DNA of 64,000 nucleotides from contig JBHGNT010000002.1 of assembly GCA_043228905.1 (NCBI GenBank), positions 18,724,001 through 18,788,000 of the forward strand, given 5' to 3'. The first letter of the stretch is position 1. Each line of letters begins with the position of its first letter. Below the pieces are notes generated by a model. That model worked only from the letters and a program-made list of their open reading frames with translations, did no database searches and was not told the DNA's origin. The stretch is from Azolla caroliniana (taxonomy: Eukaryota > Plantae > Polypodiophyta). Positions 1-13,099 of the stretch are shown here, piece by piece. A program made the position numbers and the translations under genes.

Positions 1-1225
1 CCTTCAACAGCAACTTGCATCCGATTGATGTCGTCAACAACACATCTCCTATGCCGATAATTTGGCATGTACCTTCATTCCCCATTCGGACACGACCATG
101 ATCACCGGCTGTGTAGGATGAGAAGCATTTCCGATCCGGTGTCAGGTGGAACGACACTTCGGAATTGACAACCCACGTTGTCTCGTCGCTGACAAGGTTT
201 AACTCATTCTCAAGTTCGATAATGAGCATAAGTTCTTCTTCACTTGTTGCGATTGCCGACGTTCCCTTCCGATCCGGGCCTCTTTGGTTCGAACCGTTTT
301 GGTCTGAACTCTTCTTTGAATCGAACAACGCTAGCGTTGCCCAACGTGACAACTAACGTCTCCCAACTATCCGGGAGGGAACCGAGCAGGAGCAATGTGA
401 GTACCTCATCAACGAGAGGTACTTCCAATGAGGTTGCTTGATGTATCAGCCCCGGGAAGGCATTCATGTGCTCCGCCATACTAGAGCCGTCCTGGTACCA
501 GAGCCTCACTAGCTTCCGAAATACTGAAACTTGATTAACATCATTCTTGTTCTGGAACATGATGCCGATCTTCTCCCAGAGTTCCTAAGCCTTGCTATCT
601 TCATTGAAGTTGTTGTACAGTCTCATGTCGATGAAGCACTGGATGTAGGTCGTCGTCTTCATGTGCATCACCTCCCGCACTCTGGCATCGATCTTATTCG
701 GTCTCTTGTCCCCGAACTGAACCGGCAACCAAAGATCTTTAACCACCAGCTTATCCCTCATCTTCGACTTCCACACTGAGTAGTTCGAGCCGGTGAGCTT
801 GAACATGCCGCCGAACGATTCTTCCATTTCTTGTGTTGTTCGCTTTGATACTAGTTTGTGAGGAATAGCGCGGAATACTGCTCAGCCACAATCGAGTCTT
901 GAATTACTTCGATAAAAGTGCAACACAAGAATGGGAATAGATGTACACACAAAAGAGAGTACACAAGATGTTTATGTGGAAAACCCTGAATGGGATATTT
1001 ATACTTATATGAACTTAGGGCTATTTACAAATATAGCCTTAATAGGCTTACTCAAGACATATTTACAGATATGTCTTCTCTTCCGGTTCTCACCGGGTCT
1101 CCTCTAGTTTCCGGATCTCTTATGGTTCTCACCGGGTCTCCTCTGGTTTCCGGATCTCTTCCAGTTCTCACCGGGTCCTCTTTATTCATCACCGGATCCC
1201 ATCCGGATAGACCGATTTCCCAATA
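1..1225 (-). mobile_element. Ty1/Copia LTR retrotransposon 5' part (5' LTR ~857-1225, degenerate gag), runs off the window start
   Basis: Gag ORFs 585-827 (KLTGSNYSVWKSKMRD) and 240-560 (LLLLGSLPDSWETLV). Degenerate tRNA-iMet PBS gctttgatacta at 842-853 next to the LTR end at 857. The LTR contains ~39-bp repeats at 1081-1180. Confidence 0.85.
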
Positions 1226-2161
1226 CAAAAACTCTATTCAGGGCAATCTTAGTTTGAAACATACTCTCAATTTTCTTCCACAATACATCCACTTTGGTTT
1301 CATCATCAAAGCTGGTATATAAACTTATGTCTATGAAGCATCGTATATATGCAATTGTTTTTAAATGCATGACTTCCCAAGTCGATCCATCTACTTTCTC
1401 TGGTTTGTTCGTATCACATTGTACCGACAACCACAAATCTTTACATAATAACAGATCCCTCATTTTGGACTTCCATACTGAATAGTTGGGTCTAGTCAAC
1501 TTAAGGATTCCACCAAGAGATTCATCCATATTCCAATTTTGCGGAAGGTATGAACCTCCGACCTGATACCACTTGTTAGGAATATTGGGAATTGGAATTA
1601 GCTTAGACAACCCACACAATAATGCTAGACGCAACTAAAAAACTAGAATACAGGTTCAAATTTTTACGTGGAAAACCCAAATTGGGATAAACCATGAGAC
1701 CCTTGGGGTACCAAAACTTCCACTATACTCAAGAGTACAAGTAAGAACCACCTCTCTAGTTTTCACTAGAGGAATACATATGCATCAAGGCAACAACTTT
1801 GGTAATAGACTTCACCTGATTGGATGGAAAGAACAACAAGAAGACAAACAAAACACATAACAAAAAAACCTACTGCAGACGGACAAGAAAGTCGTTCTCC
1901 TGTCATGACGTGTGTGCTTCTCGACGGCTCGAACAACCCCTCTCAAAATCTCTGTCTCGTCTGCACAGTCCTGAAAACGTTCTCGCATTCTCCTCTTCTT
2001 GCTTTTTTAGTCACACACACTCTTTGTGTTCTTGTCCCTTCTTGCACATCGTGCATATATGCATACACAAACACACATATAAATAAATATAAATAAATTA
2101 CTTTCGGCCCTTAGCCCTTCGTTGGCTCTCAGTTGTGGGTTCCACTTGAGTGGGTCCCACA
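1226..2161 (-). mobile_element. Related Copia 5' part (LTR ~1574-2161, gag N-terminus), interrupted by the element at 1-1225
   Basis: MDESLGGILKLTRPNYSVWKSKMRD is paralogous to the gag at 827. PBS ctgatacca at 1563-1571. Gag similarity stops at ~1225, where the other LTR begins. Confidence 0.75.
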
Positions 2162-2399
2162 ATAAGGCACATATTCTAGGATGGATTCATGATTAGGCCC
2201 ACTTATATAGACATACATCTGCCTTATGCCATGTAAAGTTTGATAGGGGAACTACGAAACCACTTCACATACACTTGAAGAATTTTTTTGCTAATTGTAG
2301 CATCAAGGAGTGGAATCTGAAGACCATTATATTTTTCATTTTGGTTTTATGAAATATAAGAGGGACATATCATTGCCTCTTTAACCAACATTTTGGGCT

Positions 2400-2860
2400 C
2401 TACATAAGAACAATGTATATATGAGAGCCAACGGTGCTTGAGGCTATTCGTGTTAGCATTCGAAAGAGATAGGGAGAAGTTATTGCAAAACATCAATACA
2501 ACCCCACAACCTCATCAATGAAGAACTAACCCAAATTTCTTTACCCCCTTCACTCCTAATCATGCATTAAGTCAATCAAGGGTTACACAAGTGGCCCAAT
2601 CAAGACATTACAAATGGGTTCCAACCTTAGGGCAATTGATCAAGAATAGCAATTTGTTGTGCACTTAGGACAAGTCCTTGTGAACGATCTCACCACCTTT
2701 GTCATTGACAAGTAAAGGCCATTATCTCCCACCTTTGCAAGTGCTTCCCTCATGTAGAAGATCTCTCCATTCAATAGAGAAATTAATATCCATCATAATT
2801 GAGAACCTTTGTATAGATAGAACAATTCTTTAGTTCCAATTACATTTATTTTGGTTTGTT
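2400..2860 (+). mobile_element. Old LINE-like 3' fragment
   Basis: Similar by eye to 13380-13600 (atagcaatttg...aggccattatctc...gtgcttccctc). Boundaries are approximate. Confidence 0.45.
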
Positions 2861-3664
2861 TTCCTTAAAATACATCAATGTATCATGTGACACCTTGAGC
2901 AACACTCACTTGAAGTAACCCTATGCACATAGTTTAGCAAAACAAGGGGCATCACTAGACCCCAATTTCTTTTGTAGCGTGTGTACATCTTGGTGTTTGT
3001 GTGATGTTAATGTGTAGGTCCAAATAGTGATGTCAATGTCAGTGCTAAATTCTGTGCTTGTATAAAGTGATTTATTTTTGTTTAGGGTTTAGGTTTTGTG
3101 CATGTATATACATGTATTTGTGACAATTTGTATGCCATGGACATCTCAAGTGTCGCATGTTGAAACAATTTTCCATGCTTTATTAATTTATGTTAGTCAT
3201 GAATGGAAGAAATTTTGTTCGGAAGGGAGCGTGCCATAGAATGGTCATAAAAAGGAAAAACAACTCATTAGTTCAAAATGTCACCTCTACAATCCTTAGT
3301 TAATCAGTCCATGACTTGCATTTGTGGTATATATTTAAGTAACCAAGATTGAAGTTTTGATCTTACAATATAGATAATAGAATTTAGTGTGTCCACCATT
3401 TAGCTGATGTATATATAGTGTCTTTCCACCATTTGAATATGAAGAAAATACAATAAAAACGCACATGGGAAGGATCTTGTTCAAGTTGGAAACCCTTCCC
3501 TCCATGAAAGAACAAACAAGATTATGCTACTGTTGGTGGAGGGGCATATACCTTCCTCTCTCCCAGACATTACTTCCAATTAAACTAAGAAGGCTCATTA
3601 TTATACACCACACACACATTCTCTCTCCCTCCCTGTTACACTACCCGAATTTTTTTATGATTAG

Positions 3665-3740
3665 GGTGGACCTCCGATTGGACTCGAACTCACACGGTGA
3701 AGTATCTGGACCCGCTGAACATACCATTAGCTCATCCGTC
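3665..3740 (-). mobile_element. tRNA-derived SINE-like head
   Basis: Minus strand shows A-box-like TGAGCTAATGG and B-box-like GAGTTCGAGTCC at tRNA-like spacing; no intact cloverleaf. Confidence 0.4.
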
Positions 3741-3799
3741 AAGAAGACTTAAAAACCCACCACTCACTGGACCTTCTCTATCTGTAGAGAAGGCCCTCG

Positions 3800-4160
3800 C
3801 CCCACTCTAAAACGTGGCATTACACATAATTGGAGCACAAGTTGGGTTACCCCATTCAAATGGTGTACATCTCACCTTGTCGCATATTTTAATGGAAAGA
3901 AGTCATTTCGTTAGACTAACTATTACCATGCAAGGCAGTAGGGGATTTATAAGGGATTGTCTGAAATCATTCATGGAATGAATGGGAAGCATGCAATGTC
4001 ATGAAATTATATGATAGGTAGGTGATATGCTTAACCCCACTCTAAACCGTGGCATTACATATAATTGGAGCACAAGTTGGGTTACCCCTTAAAATGGTGT
4101 AAACCTCACCTTGTCGCATATTTTAATGGAAAGATGTCATTTCGTTAGACTAACTATTAC
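3800..4160. repeat. Local direct duplication of ~125 bp (3800-3927 and 4035-4160)
   Basis: ccccactctaaa...gttagactaactattacc occurs twice. Confidence 0.9.
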
Positions 4161-4909
4161 CTTTCTTACGACCGAAATAAAGATTTCAATATGCTGCATT
4201 GTGAGTAAAATACTTCGGCATTGTGTGTTGACTGAGTGGGTGTATCTTAGCTTTAATTGTTTTGCCACTCCCCTCCATCGCCATCACCATTGCCTTTAGT
4301 TATAACAGGAATGGAACTCCAAAGTCTGCTTAGAAAAATGATCAAATTGAAGTTCCAATAAGCAATTATGTGTTTGATATATAGCAGAAAAGGTGATATA
4401 ACCCTCTCATCTTAACATCTTGACATTGTGTCTCAATGGATCTAGTATTTAAATTGTACTGACGGTTGTAAAAATTACGTTGCAGCTGAAATTTAATACT
4501 AGCTCAATGTATTGACTCAGCCTCTCTCTTTAAACCTTGAATTTTCAAAATATTGGATTTCTAAAAATAGCCTGTACAATTTGATATACTGAAGTGGGGT
4601 TTTTTCATATAATGGAGGCTCCATACAATTGCTAGACTAACCAACCTCTCAAACGGACAATTTCAAACGTTTTATGAATGCCTAAAGAAGATAAGCTTTT
4701 TGAGTGATTGTTCATATACAGAAGAAATATCAAAATACCATTGATGTTCGGATTATTTACAAGATTACTCCTTGGTATGATTTCTAAACTATCTGGATAT
4801 ACAGAAGAAATGGCACATTTGTTTTATGTCGTAAGGAAGTTCTACTGCATCTCTGAAGTTTTATGAATATCCAACAAGTTGGGAATGGTTTTGTGACCTA
4901 CAATAGGCT

Positions 4910-4988
4910 TCACATTTTATTTTTTTTCCGTAAATGGTCCATTTGCCAGTCTATCAAAGATGTGGCATTCAGGGAAACAAATGAAGAA
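4910..4988 (-). CDS. MIKC MADS-box gene, predicted exon 8 (last coding exon)
   Basis: Pyrimidine tract tttcttttaattatctccacctatag acceptor; phase 2 matches exon 7; reads (S)SSFVSLNATSLIDWQMDHLRKKNKM*. Confidence 0.6.
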
Positions 4989-5070
4989 CTATAGGTGGAG
5001 ATAATTAAAAGAAACATTTGCAGGCATGTGGGGAAATAAAGCCCAAATTATAATGGATATGTTTATATAC

Positions 5071-5282
5071 CTGAGTTGCAAAAGCTCGTCATTATTGTAG
5101 GCACTTGCGGCATCAGATCCTGTTGGACTAATGATGTCGTAGCTACCACCACCGATGACATGGTAAGAGGAGCATAAGCTCATCATCATCTTTTCTTCTA
5201 CCTCTTCTTCTTCTTCTTCTTCTTCTTCTTCTTCTTCTTCTTCCAAGGGCAGACCATGATTACAAGGTCTTACTTCCATCAA
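5071..5282 (-). CDS. MIKC MADS-box gene exon 7 (C domain, poly-Glu)
   Basis: catgtag|TTG...CTCAG|gtatat, 212 nt; LMEVRPCNHGLPL-E14-...NNDELLQL. Confidence 0.8.
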
Positions 5283-5462
5283 CTACATGTATTTATATAT
5301 ATATATATATATGCATTAATCATGTGTGTGTGTGTGCGACAGAGAGATTGTTTTCAATCACCTTCCTTATATATATGAAGCAGTAGTAGCAGACAAACTG
5401 AGCAATCAATGGTAACTTATAATTATACATAGACAGAGACAGATGTTTGTGAGGTCTCTTAC

Positions 5463-5504
5463 CTCCTTCCTCAACCTCGCATTCTCTTTCATAAGCTCTT
5501 TTTG
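5463..5504 (-). CDS. MIKC MADS-box gene exon 6 (K3)
   Basis: gggcag|CAA...GAG|gtaaga; the canonical 42-nt K exon, QKELMKENARLRKE. Confidence 0.9.
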
Positions 5505-5632
5505 CTGCCCAAATAATTATGTCATGACGCCATTAATTACGTACAGACGTACACTGGCATACATTATATATGCATCTCTCTATACACAACACACACATAC
5601 ATGTAAGCATATGTAATTAGTTCTTAACTAAC

Positions 5633-5665
5633 CTTCAGGACCATGCTCACGGAAAAGGCTTCCTC
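5633..5665 (-). CDS. MIKC MADS-box gene exon 5 (K)
   Basis: tttag|GAG...AAG|gttagt, 33 nt, phase 0/0, EEAFSVSMVLK. Confidence 0.75.
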
Positions 5666-5985
5666 CTAAATGTACATAAACATGGACAGATAAGTGAGTT
5701 GTGTTAAAATGCGCGCCATACATTAGGGTCCAATGCTAGTAGTATGTATTACATGCATGGTGCACCCAATATGTATTTAGATTAAAGGATCATCACCTAC
5801 ACTAGTGCATTGTAGCCATGCTAGTGATCCGATCACCAATATGAATCATTCATTTTCTAACATATTCTTGATGAGCCCAATATTTATCATTCAGTTTCTA
5901 ATATCATCTGATAATTCATGCTCCACAAAAAGATAGAGAAAATTCCAGAAGAGCATATGTTTTTAGGTGAGAATATGCATGGTAC

Positions 5986-6091
5986 CTTAACGTGTTGGAT
6001 TTTTTTCAATCCTGTTTCTACTTCCTCCACCAACTTCTTAAGATCGTCGTACGATAGCTTTCGTAGTGCCTCTGTATCTCCAGTTCTCAAT
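5986..6091 (-). CDS. MIKC MADS-box gene exon 4 (K2)
   Basis: ttgcag|A...AAG|gtacca, 106 nt, LRTGDTEALRKLSYDDLKKLVEEVETGLKKIQHVK (K-box pattern). Confidence 0.9.
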
Positions 6092-6258
6092 CTGCAACAT
6101 GCACATGGATTTGTACTACATAACAATAATTAAGACGAAATGACTTGGAGGTCATACAAAGGAAGTTATCTAATGAAGTCTTCATGATATTATTTAACTT
6201 GATCCTCACAAGACTAATTAGGTGTGTTAGATTCACACTTTCAGGACATATAATATAC

Positions 6259-6308
6259 CTTTGCTCTTGTTCAAGCCTCTCTACATCATTCCGCAACGTG
6301 ATCACCTC
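6259..6308 (-). CDS. MIKC MADS-box gene exon 3 (K1)
   Basis: agtcag|GAG...AG|gtatat, 50 nt, phase 0/2, EVITLRNDVERLEQEQR. Confidence 0.8.
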
Positions 6309-8347
6309 CTGACTCATCACAATATACATACATTGTCACCTTTATATAACACAATACAACTTGGGTGGCAAAAACACTAAGAAGACGAGAATCATTAAAT
6401 AACATGTCTCCAAATATATTTACATTATGATGTTCGGGTTCTTATATATCTCTGAATATCTATCCTTAAATCTGAAAATGCATTAAAGCAGGTAAAACCA
6501 TTAAATCGCTTTGATTCACTCTTTTCCAGCAATTGCCCCAACTCTCACTTCATAGTAGTATAAGTATATTACCCAAATGTTCCCTTCTAAGAGTACATTA
6601 TTCGCACATGTCTATGGGAACCACAATCATATCATATGATTATGTCTTCCTACATGTGTGAGGTACATGTCCATCTCTTTGGGATTCCTTAACACTACTA
6701 AGTACCCTTACTGTATGACTGAAGAAAAGTAACCCTCTTGTGCACCGAGAGGGCATCATTACCAACTTGATTAAACAATGCGCTTCCACGGGGAGAGAGA
6801 ACCCACACTGTATGTAATCCACGGGCTTTCAAGCGGGGACAACCTATTTGGAAGTGACCGATCTTAGCAACCCAGAACCAATATCATCGTCCTAAAAATG
6901 ATTACGTACATAAGTCGCGTGATTATGAGTTTAATGGGTCACAATAAACAATAAAGGATAGTGTACAGCTAAGAGTCATCCAAACAACCCCATAACAGGT
7001 ATAAATTGTCAATTTGTCTTAACACGGTATGCTATAACTACTACCCCATAACAGGCAATAACAACATTACCAAGAAAAACAGAACTGCGAATTTGCAAAC
7101 AGGCAACATATTGCAAACATGCACTGATAAATCTAAGTTAAACATGGTTCCAAACATCCGTGATCATGAAGGTTATTCATAGTAAACAAATAAAAAAATT
7201 AACCAAGGGCAAATACAACTTACATAATTCAACTGATTTTAAACATCAGCCCAACCTTGATTAGAAGACCATTTGGTCCACAACTTTTAAGGAGAATCTC
7301 AAGACTCATGAACTCGAATGCAGAAGGAATATAATCAAATGCAAGTCATCCATACGTATTGAACCAAGTATAAGGATTAAGGATCAAGGATCATGACCAT
7401 TAACTGAAGTATAAGTGTTGTAACAAAATAGGGAACACAAATAACCGAAATGCGCTACCTGAATCAATTAACTATTTCAGGAGTAAAAATGATCAGTAAT
7501 TTTTTTGTATTTTATCACATCTTGAATAAGAAAGAATTTCCAGCGCAAGAAGAGAACATGATAAGCTCGCCACAGACTGTGAACCAATCAATGGTCCAAA
7601 TATCTATAAAACGGTTAAGATGCTAATTACAAGATTAATAGCCTCTGCAATCCATTTCATTGAATTGAGTTTTGGAATTATCTACTAATGCAATTATAAT
7701 GATAACAGCAAGCTTGACATTGTTCACATTTAAGGATAGAACATTATAAATCGATGTGTGATCCCTGGAACAAGGGCTGAATTAGAAGCTTGAGACTGAA
7801 AGAAAGATGCATATGGTCCGTAACTTAAATCAATATATAGTTGGCATATGATTAGTTACTTAGATGGCACATCGGAATCAAATGCACACATTCTATGGAT
7901 AATGTGCATAGGGGGAAAATTCTGAAGCAGTCTAGAAGAATTCCTTTGTGGATTATTATACCACCTGTCCTCATGATAATCAAATCTAAAAATCGTCATA
8001 TCTCAGTCACGTGGTGCCCGTTTGGGGACATTTAAAGGGCGTTTCAGCAGGTTTAGATCACAGAAAATCCACTGGGACTATTAAACCAGTCAATATGCAT
8101 TATTATATGTTTCTCGTCGTAATACTTCTAATTGTGAAAGCACTTGGAAGGGCATAGATCCTCCTTTTTCTAAATCTAGACTTTATACCCATATTTTGTT
8201 AGGAGAAATCATAGGCTGTAAGAGATCCCTGTCTTTTGAGGATTATATGTTACTTTATATTCGTTCAAAAGATGTACTCACTATTCGTTTCTACCATAGG
8301 TTTAGCAAGATTCAAAAGGACAGTTTTTTATGTACTTTTCGAGATCT

Positions 8348-8349
<2 letters not shown>

Positions 8350-8397
<48 letters not shown>

Positions 8398-8408
8398 GGA
8401 GAGAGAAA
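8350..8408. repeat. (GA)n microsatellite
   Basis: Direct observation. Confidence 0.95.
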
Positions 8409-9479
8409 GAGAAGTCATCGACTGTTAAAACAATAAAGACATCAAGTTCCATAACATAAGAGAATGATGAAGTAAGCGTTCCAATCAATGATAAGTATGG
8501 AGGTTCCATTTCATTTGAAAAAATTATGGATAAAGTAAGTGAATCCACACGCAAACACACACACAGCCCATTAGGTTGCAGTATGACAAGTTGAATAAAC
8601 GTTTCATCAATAAAGAGGTTTCAGAAAGTAAGAAGTTTGCAAATCTAAGTGATTACAAAGTAAAATTAATTCATTCATTCATCAATTGCTACATGAGGGA
8701 AAACGATGCCAAATGATGAGAGATTTGCATCTTAAGGAACGAAAGAGTTTGGTTAGCGAAGCACTACAGAATTTGAACTTTACATAGACTAGAAATTCTA
8801 CTTAAGACGTTGCAGTATTGATTCAGACGGCAACGTCCAACATCATGCATGAAAAATTGCTATTATTGCCCAATCTAATGTGAATCCTTTCAAATATCAC
8901 TATCGAGACCCCCACTTTTGTAGCCCTTGATTGAATTGTAGCATGAGAAGGGAATGATGGAGCAGCTATAGAATGCTGTACTTGTTCTTTGTTATGCAGT
9001 GTTCCACAAATGTAGGCATCTTAAAATATAGCATGTAGATGTGCCTGATCGACAAGAAGCATCTCCAAATCAGATGAACCTTACTTCTGACAAACTCCAT
9101 AACTTTTTTACGCAATATGTTGTGCACTGTTTATGGCACCAAAAATGCACCGATTACACAGGCCATATGGCAAAGAATACAGAGGTAGCAAGAGGGAATC
9201 AAATACAAAGGTAGAAAGGCAACAATTGATCATTACACACGTAGCATGACCACAATTTCACATGCAACTAAACTATACATAGGTCTCAGAGTCGTTCTAT
9301 TAAAATGAAAACATTGAGCAAATTTATGGGATGAAGCTTGCTCCAAACCGCAAAGATTTGGTGCTACATAGATGAAATTTCATCCACAGGGAGTGCACAA
9401 ACTAAGTGTGATTAACCTCAAATCTTGTGGATTTTCATCCATAGGAGTCCACAAATTAAGTGTGATGAATTAGCTCAAG

Positions 9480-10330
9480 AACTCTCTCCTATGCAGGGTA
9501 CCATGAAGGCAAACAAAGCTCACTAAATTGGATGGCAAATGAAAAGGATACATCTGCTTGAATTACAAGCTGCTAAGATTTGTATTAAATGCAATCCTTC
9601 CTTCACAGTTTTAGATACTCCTATTTGGAAGCAAATGGTGGCGGCATTGTGTCCATCGTCAATTAGCCTTACACCAACATCGATTCCGTCCACTTACAAT
9701 GAGATACCAATGGAGATTTCTACTATTGAAAAGAAATGGTTATAATTTTATGGATTCTGAGAAAGTGAGGTGTTTATAATTTTATGACCCTACTTGCACT
9801 TTGGAAGAGTCTATCAGAAGTTCTTTGTCATGAGGGGTGCACGTGTTCGAGAAGATGAGTGAAATTATTAAGGAAATTCACCCATAGTATGGACTCCTTG
9901 TGCATCGTATAGCTTGAAATTATCATTGTTCAAAAGATGTCGGAAAAACTCTTTGCATCTAAAAAGCCATTATCGCAAATGAAAAATTTGCTGACACTAT
10001 TTACAAGTATGAACAAACTTCAAGATTTTATCAGAGGTATGCCAAGTTAGAGCTCTTGAAAACTGCTAAGACCTAGTTTGGATCACGATTCGTTGTAATT
10101 GAGCACGTATCTATGGAAACATTTGAGACAACCCGTGCTTTCAGATTTGTGCCCTACTTCGAATGATTAATTCTAAGCTATCAGAAAATGGGGCAATTCA
10201 ACTTTTGATATGGGATTCCACTCACAAGCATTCCATTTAAGAATTTACAAGCATTGTGCGACCAATGTATTCTATTCTATGTGACACTGATAAGACCGTT
10301 TTAAGAAGAGGAAGAGGTAGGTAGTTTTGT
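9480..10330 (+). pseudogene. hAT (DUF659-type) transposase remnant
   Basis: IVWTPCASYSLKL at ~9884 resembles the hAT WTPCAAHCLDL motif, and ELLKTAKT*FGSRF at ~10050 resembles LLRPxxTRFAT. Contains stops and frameshifts. Confidence 0.65.
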
Positions 10331-10603
10331 TGAGGAAGAAGAGGAAGGTGGTGATGATGATGATGTTCAAGTGAAAATACTAGCTTCATGAAGTTCTTCT
10401 TCTGACTAAAAAATCATTTTAGTTCGTCGTTTTTCATTGTATATTTGTTGTTTCGTTAGTTGAGACTCGTGAGAACAAAAAGTTCAAATTTTTCCATGCT
10501 AACTAATGTATAATCTGTTTCAACAAGAAGTTAATGGATTTATAACTTATATCCTATTCAATGATATAAGTTTGTATCATTTTATTCTTTTCCACTTTGA
10601 TCA

Positions 10604-11040
10604 CGTTCAAGTGTGGATAATCCGAACTATATTGGAATGGGGATAAAGCATTTCGACTTATCCTATCACAAGAGGCATTCATGCATATTAACATGCTAAA
10701 AATAATTATCCCATGTTCCACCAATTCTCCTAACGGCATAAAATGCTAGTCTTGAGTATCGTTGGGTTGGGAGATTCGCCAATTCCTTGCTCCTTGTCAT
10801 GTGGGAAATCATCAAGGTTCAAATGTTCAAGTGTGGATAATCCGAACTATATTGGAATGGGGATAAAGCATTTCGACTTATCCTATCACAAGAGACATTC
10901 ATGCATTTTAACATGCTAAAAATAATTATGCCATGTTTCACCAATTCTTCTAACGGCATAAAATGCTAGTCTTGAGTATCGTAGGGTTGGGAGATCCACC
11001 AATTCCTTGCTCCTTGTCATGTGGGAAATCATCAAGGGTC
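10604..11040. repeat. Tandem duplication (~221 bp x2) in an old LINE-like fragment
   Basis: gttcaagtgtggataatccg...atcatcaagg is repeated; 10553-10640 is also an inverted homologue of 13236-13330. Confidence 0.85.
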
Positions 11041-11642
11041 AAGACCTATCCAAACCTGTCTGGTTTGTTTGCCCAATGAAAGATCAATTCCCAAGTTTCT
11101 ATTCCATAGGCACCAAGCGTAACAAACAATGATTTCGTTTGTGGTTCTTCAAATGGTTTATGAATCCAAATGAGAGAGGGAGAGAGAGAATAAAATAGAA
11201 TGCCATGTATGTTTTATCGTCTATAATGACGGTATTTTTTACCGATGGAACCAAATCAACATATAATCTTGTATGTGTGCCAGGGTTATTGCTCTATTGT
11301 AAAAACTCTCTATGTGAAAATAGTGCATGCCCATATGTGTTCACCCTTCTTTGTGGACGTTTGAGTATGACACTTAACATTACCATGCTTGTCGAACCAG
11401 TCATCCTATTTCTCACAAATTACCCTTTACGAGCATGTGACAAGTGATATTCATTCTCCATTAGGTTTTCATTGCATACCTTGTATATCATCATACTTGG
11501 GTCATGATGTCATGAAGCTACCTCAACACCTAACTTTTGTGAGCAAGTTCAAAGAAGTGTTAAGGCTCTCCTGGATCCAAGGGATGCAGTTGGATATGTT
11601 CTAACATTTTTACCTTGGAGAGGAGAGAGACATAGAAAGACA

Positions 11643-11942
11643 GAAAGAAAGAAATATTAACGTCTTTTAAGAGGCCAAAATGGCTATAAGACCAAATAAG
11701 AGATTACATCTTAAGTGTTGTCTCATCTTTGAGAACAAATCAAAATAAAATAAATATTACACAGTAAATATAAAAGTATATAACATGAAAAGAGAATTAA
11801 TGAGGGAATCTGGTTTTTGGCACATGTGAGATCCTCAAGTTAGGTATATTGTAGCTTTTGTCTTCGAAAGATCTCTAGCATAGGTCGATCCAGAATGGAA
11901 ATGTCTCCGAAGCAAGGGAAGCACCTATGATGGCGGGAGATA

Positions 11943-11944
<2 letters not shown>
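11643..11944 (-). mobile_element. 5'-truncated non-LTR (LINE/SINE-like) 3' end with (TTTC)n tail
   Basis: Same sequence family at 13500-13816, 20949, 21323 and 22939. All copies share the tail end and differ at the 5' end. Confidence 0.7.
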
Positions 11945-11981
<37 letters not shown>

Positions 11982-12660
11982 ATTATTGTCTTCAGAGATA
12001 AAAAATCACCTATGAGACAAAAAATATTACATTTTACATAATACATGTGAAAGTGAGTAGCCAATCTCGATGTTCAAAAACTTTACCAATGAATTTGCAA
12101 TCGAGAATGCACATTGTGATTGTGAGAGAAATTCATGCAAGGATTGGGTTAGGGTTTGGAAAGAGAGAAAGCGAGAAAATAAACATTGTCGTAACCAAGA
12201 AATATAACCTCTAGAAAAGAAAGATATATTCGTCTTTGTCAAAGGTAACTAACCGTACAACAATTGTTGTAAGCAAGAAATATAACCTCTAGAAAAGAAA
12301 GCTATATTATTTGGATCTTTCATAACTAGCTTTCATCACTAGAGGATCGTGTTTAGAATGGGTTAAAAGACTTGTCTACCTCGTTTAGTTCTTAATGAGA
12401 ATTATGTACATCTATCATCACTAAGAGGAAAATGGATGAGAGAATTTGTGGTGTCGACGTAACGAAATATATAGGATGTATAGAAGATCTTATGATATAG
12501 AGCAAAGAGATAGATGATAAAAGTTTGATTTCCTAGAAATATTTTTAATTAATATCCACGACTAGAGTTCATATACTTGGGATGAGTTGGGGGGAGAAAT
12601 ATCCCCTTCCTATACATTAGAATTTAGAAGTGCTCAAAATATCTTTCCTATACATTTTAT

Positions 12661-13055
12661 AGAGAGTTAATGGGCTAGTGAATAGACATATTGACTCCTA
12701 GCTAAAGGTGCACGCTTCAAATCCCGTCTGGCAATGTAGCGTGATTTAAGGAATTTTATAGATAGTTAATGGGCTAGTAGATAGACATATTGACTCCTAG
12801 CTAAAGGTGCATAGTTCAAATCTGGTCTCGCAATATAACGTGATTTAAGGAATTGTACAGAGAGTTAATGGGCTAGTGGATAGACATATTGACTCCTAGC
12901 TAAAGGTGCACGGTTCAAATCCGGTCTAGCAATGTAGCGTGATTTAAGGAATTTTATAGAGAATTAATGGGCTAGTGGATAGACATATTGACTCCTGGCT
13001 AAAGGTGCACGGTTCAAATTCGGTCTGGCAATGTAGCGTGATTTAAGGAATTTTT
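12661..13055 (+). repeat. Four tandem 99-bp tRNA-like units
   Basis: Units start at 12661, 12760, 12859 and 12958. Consensus has A-box TGGGCTAGTGG, loop CTCCTAG and B-box GGTTCAAATCC, and most units end in a T-run. Confidence 0.85.
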
Positions 13056-13099
13056 GGGAGCAACACCTATAATAACCGAGGCATTATTCCGATCAGTGA

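Noticed and set aside
12661-13055. CRISPR array or functional tRNA genes
   Set aside because: Whole units repeat with no unique spacers and the context is eukaryotic; acceptor and T stems do not pair properly.
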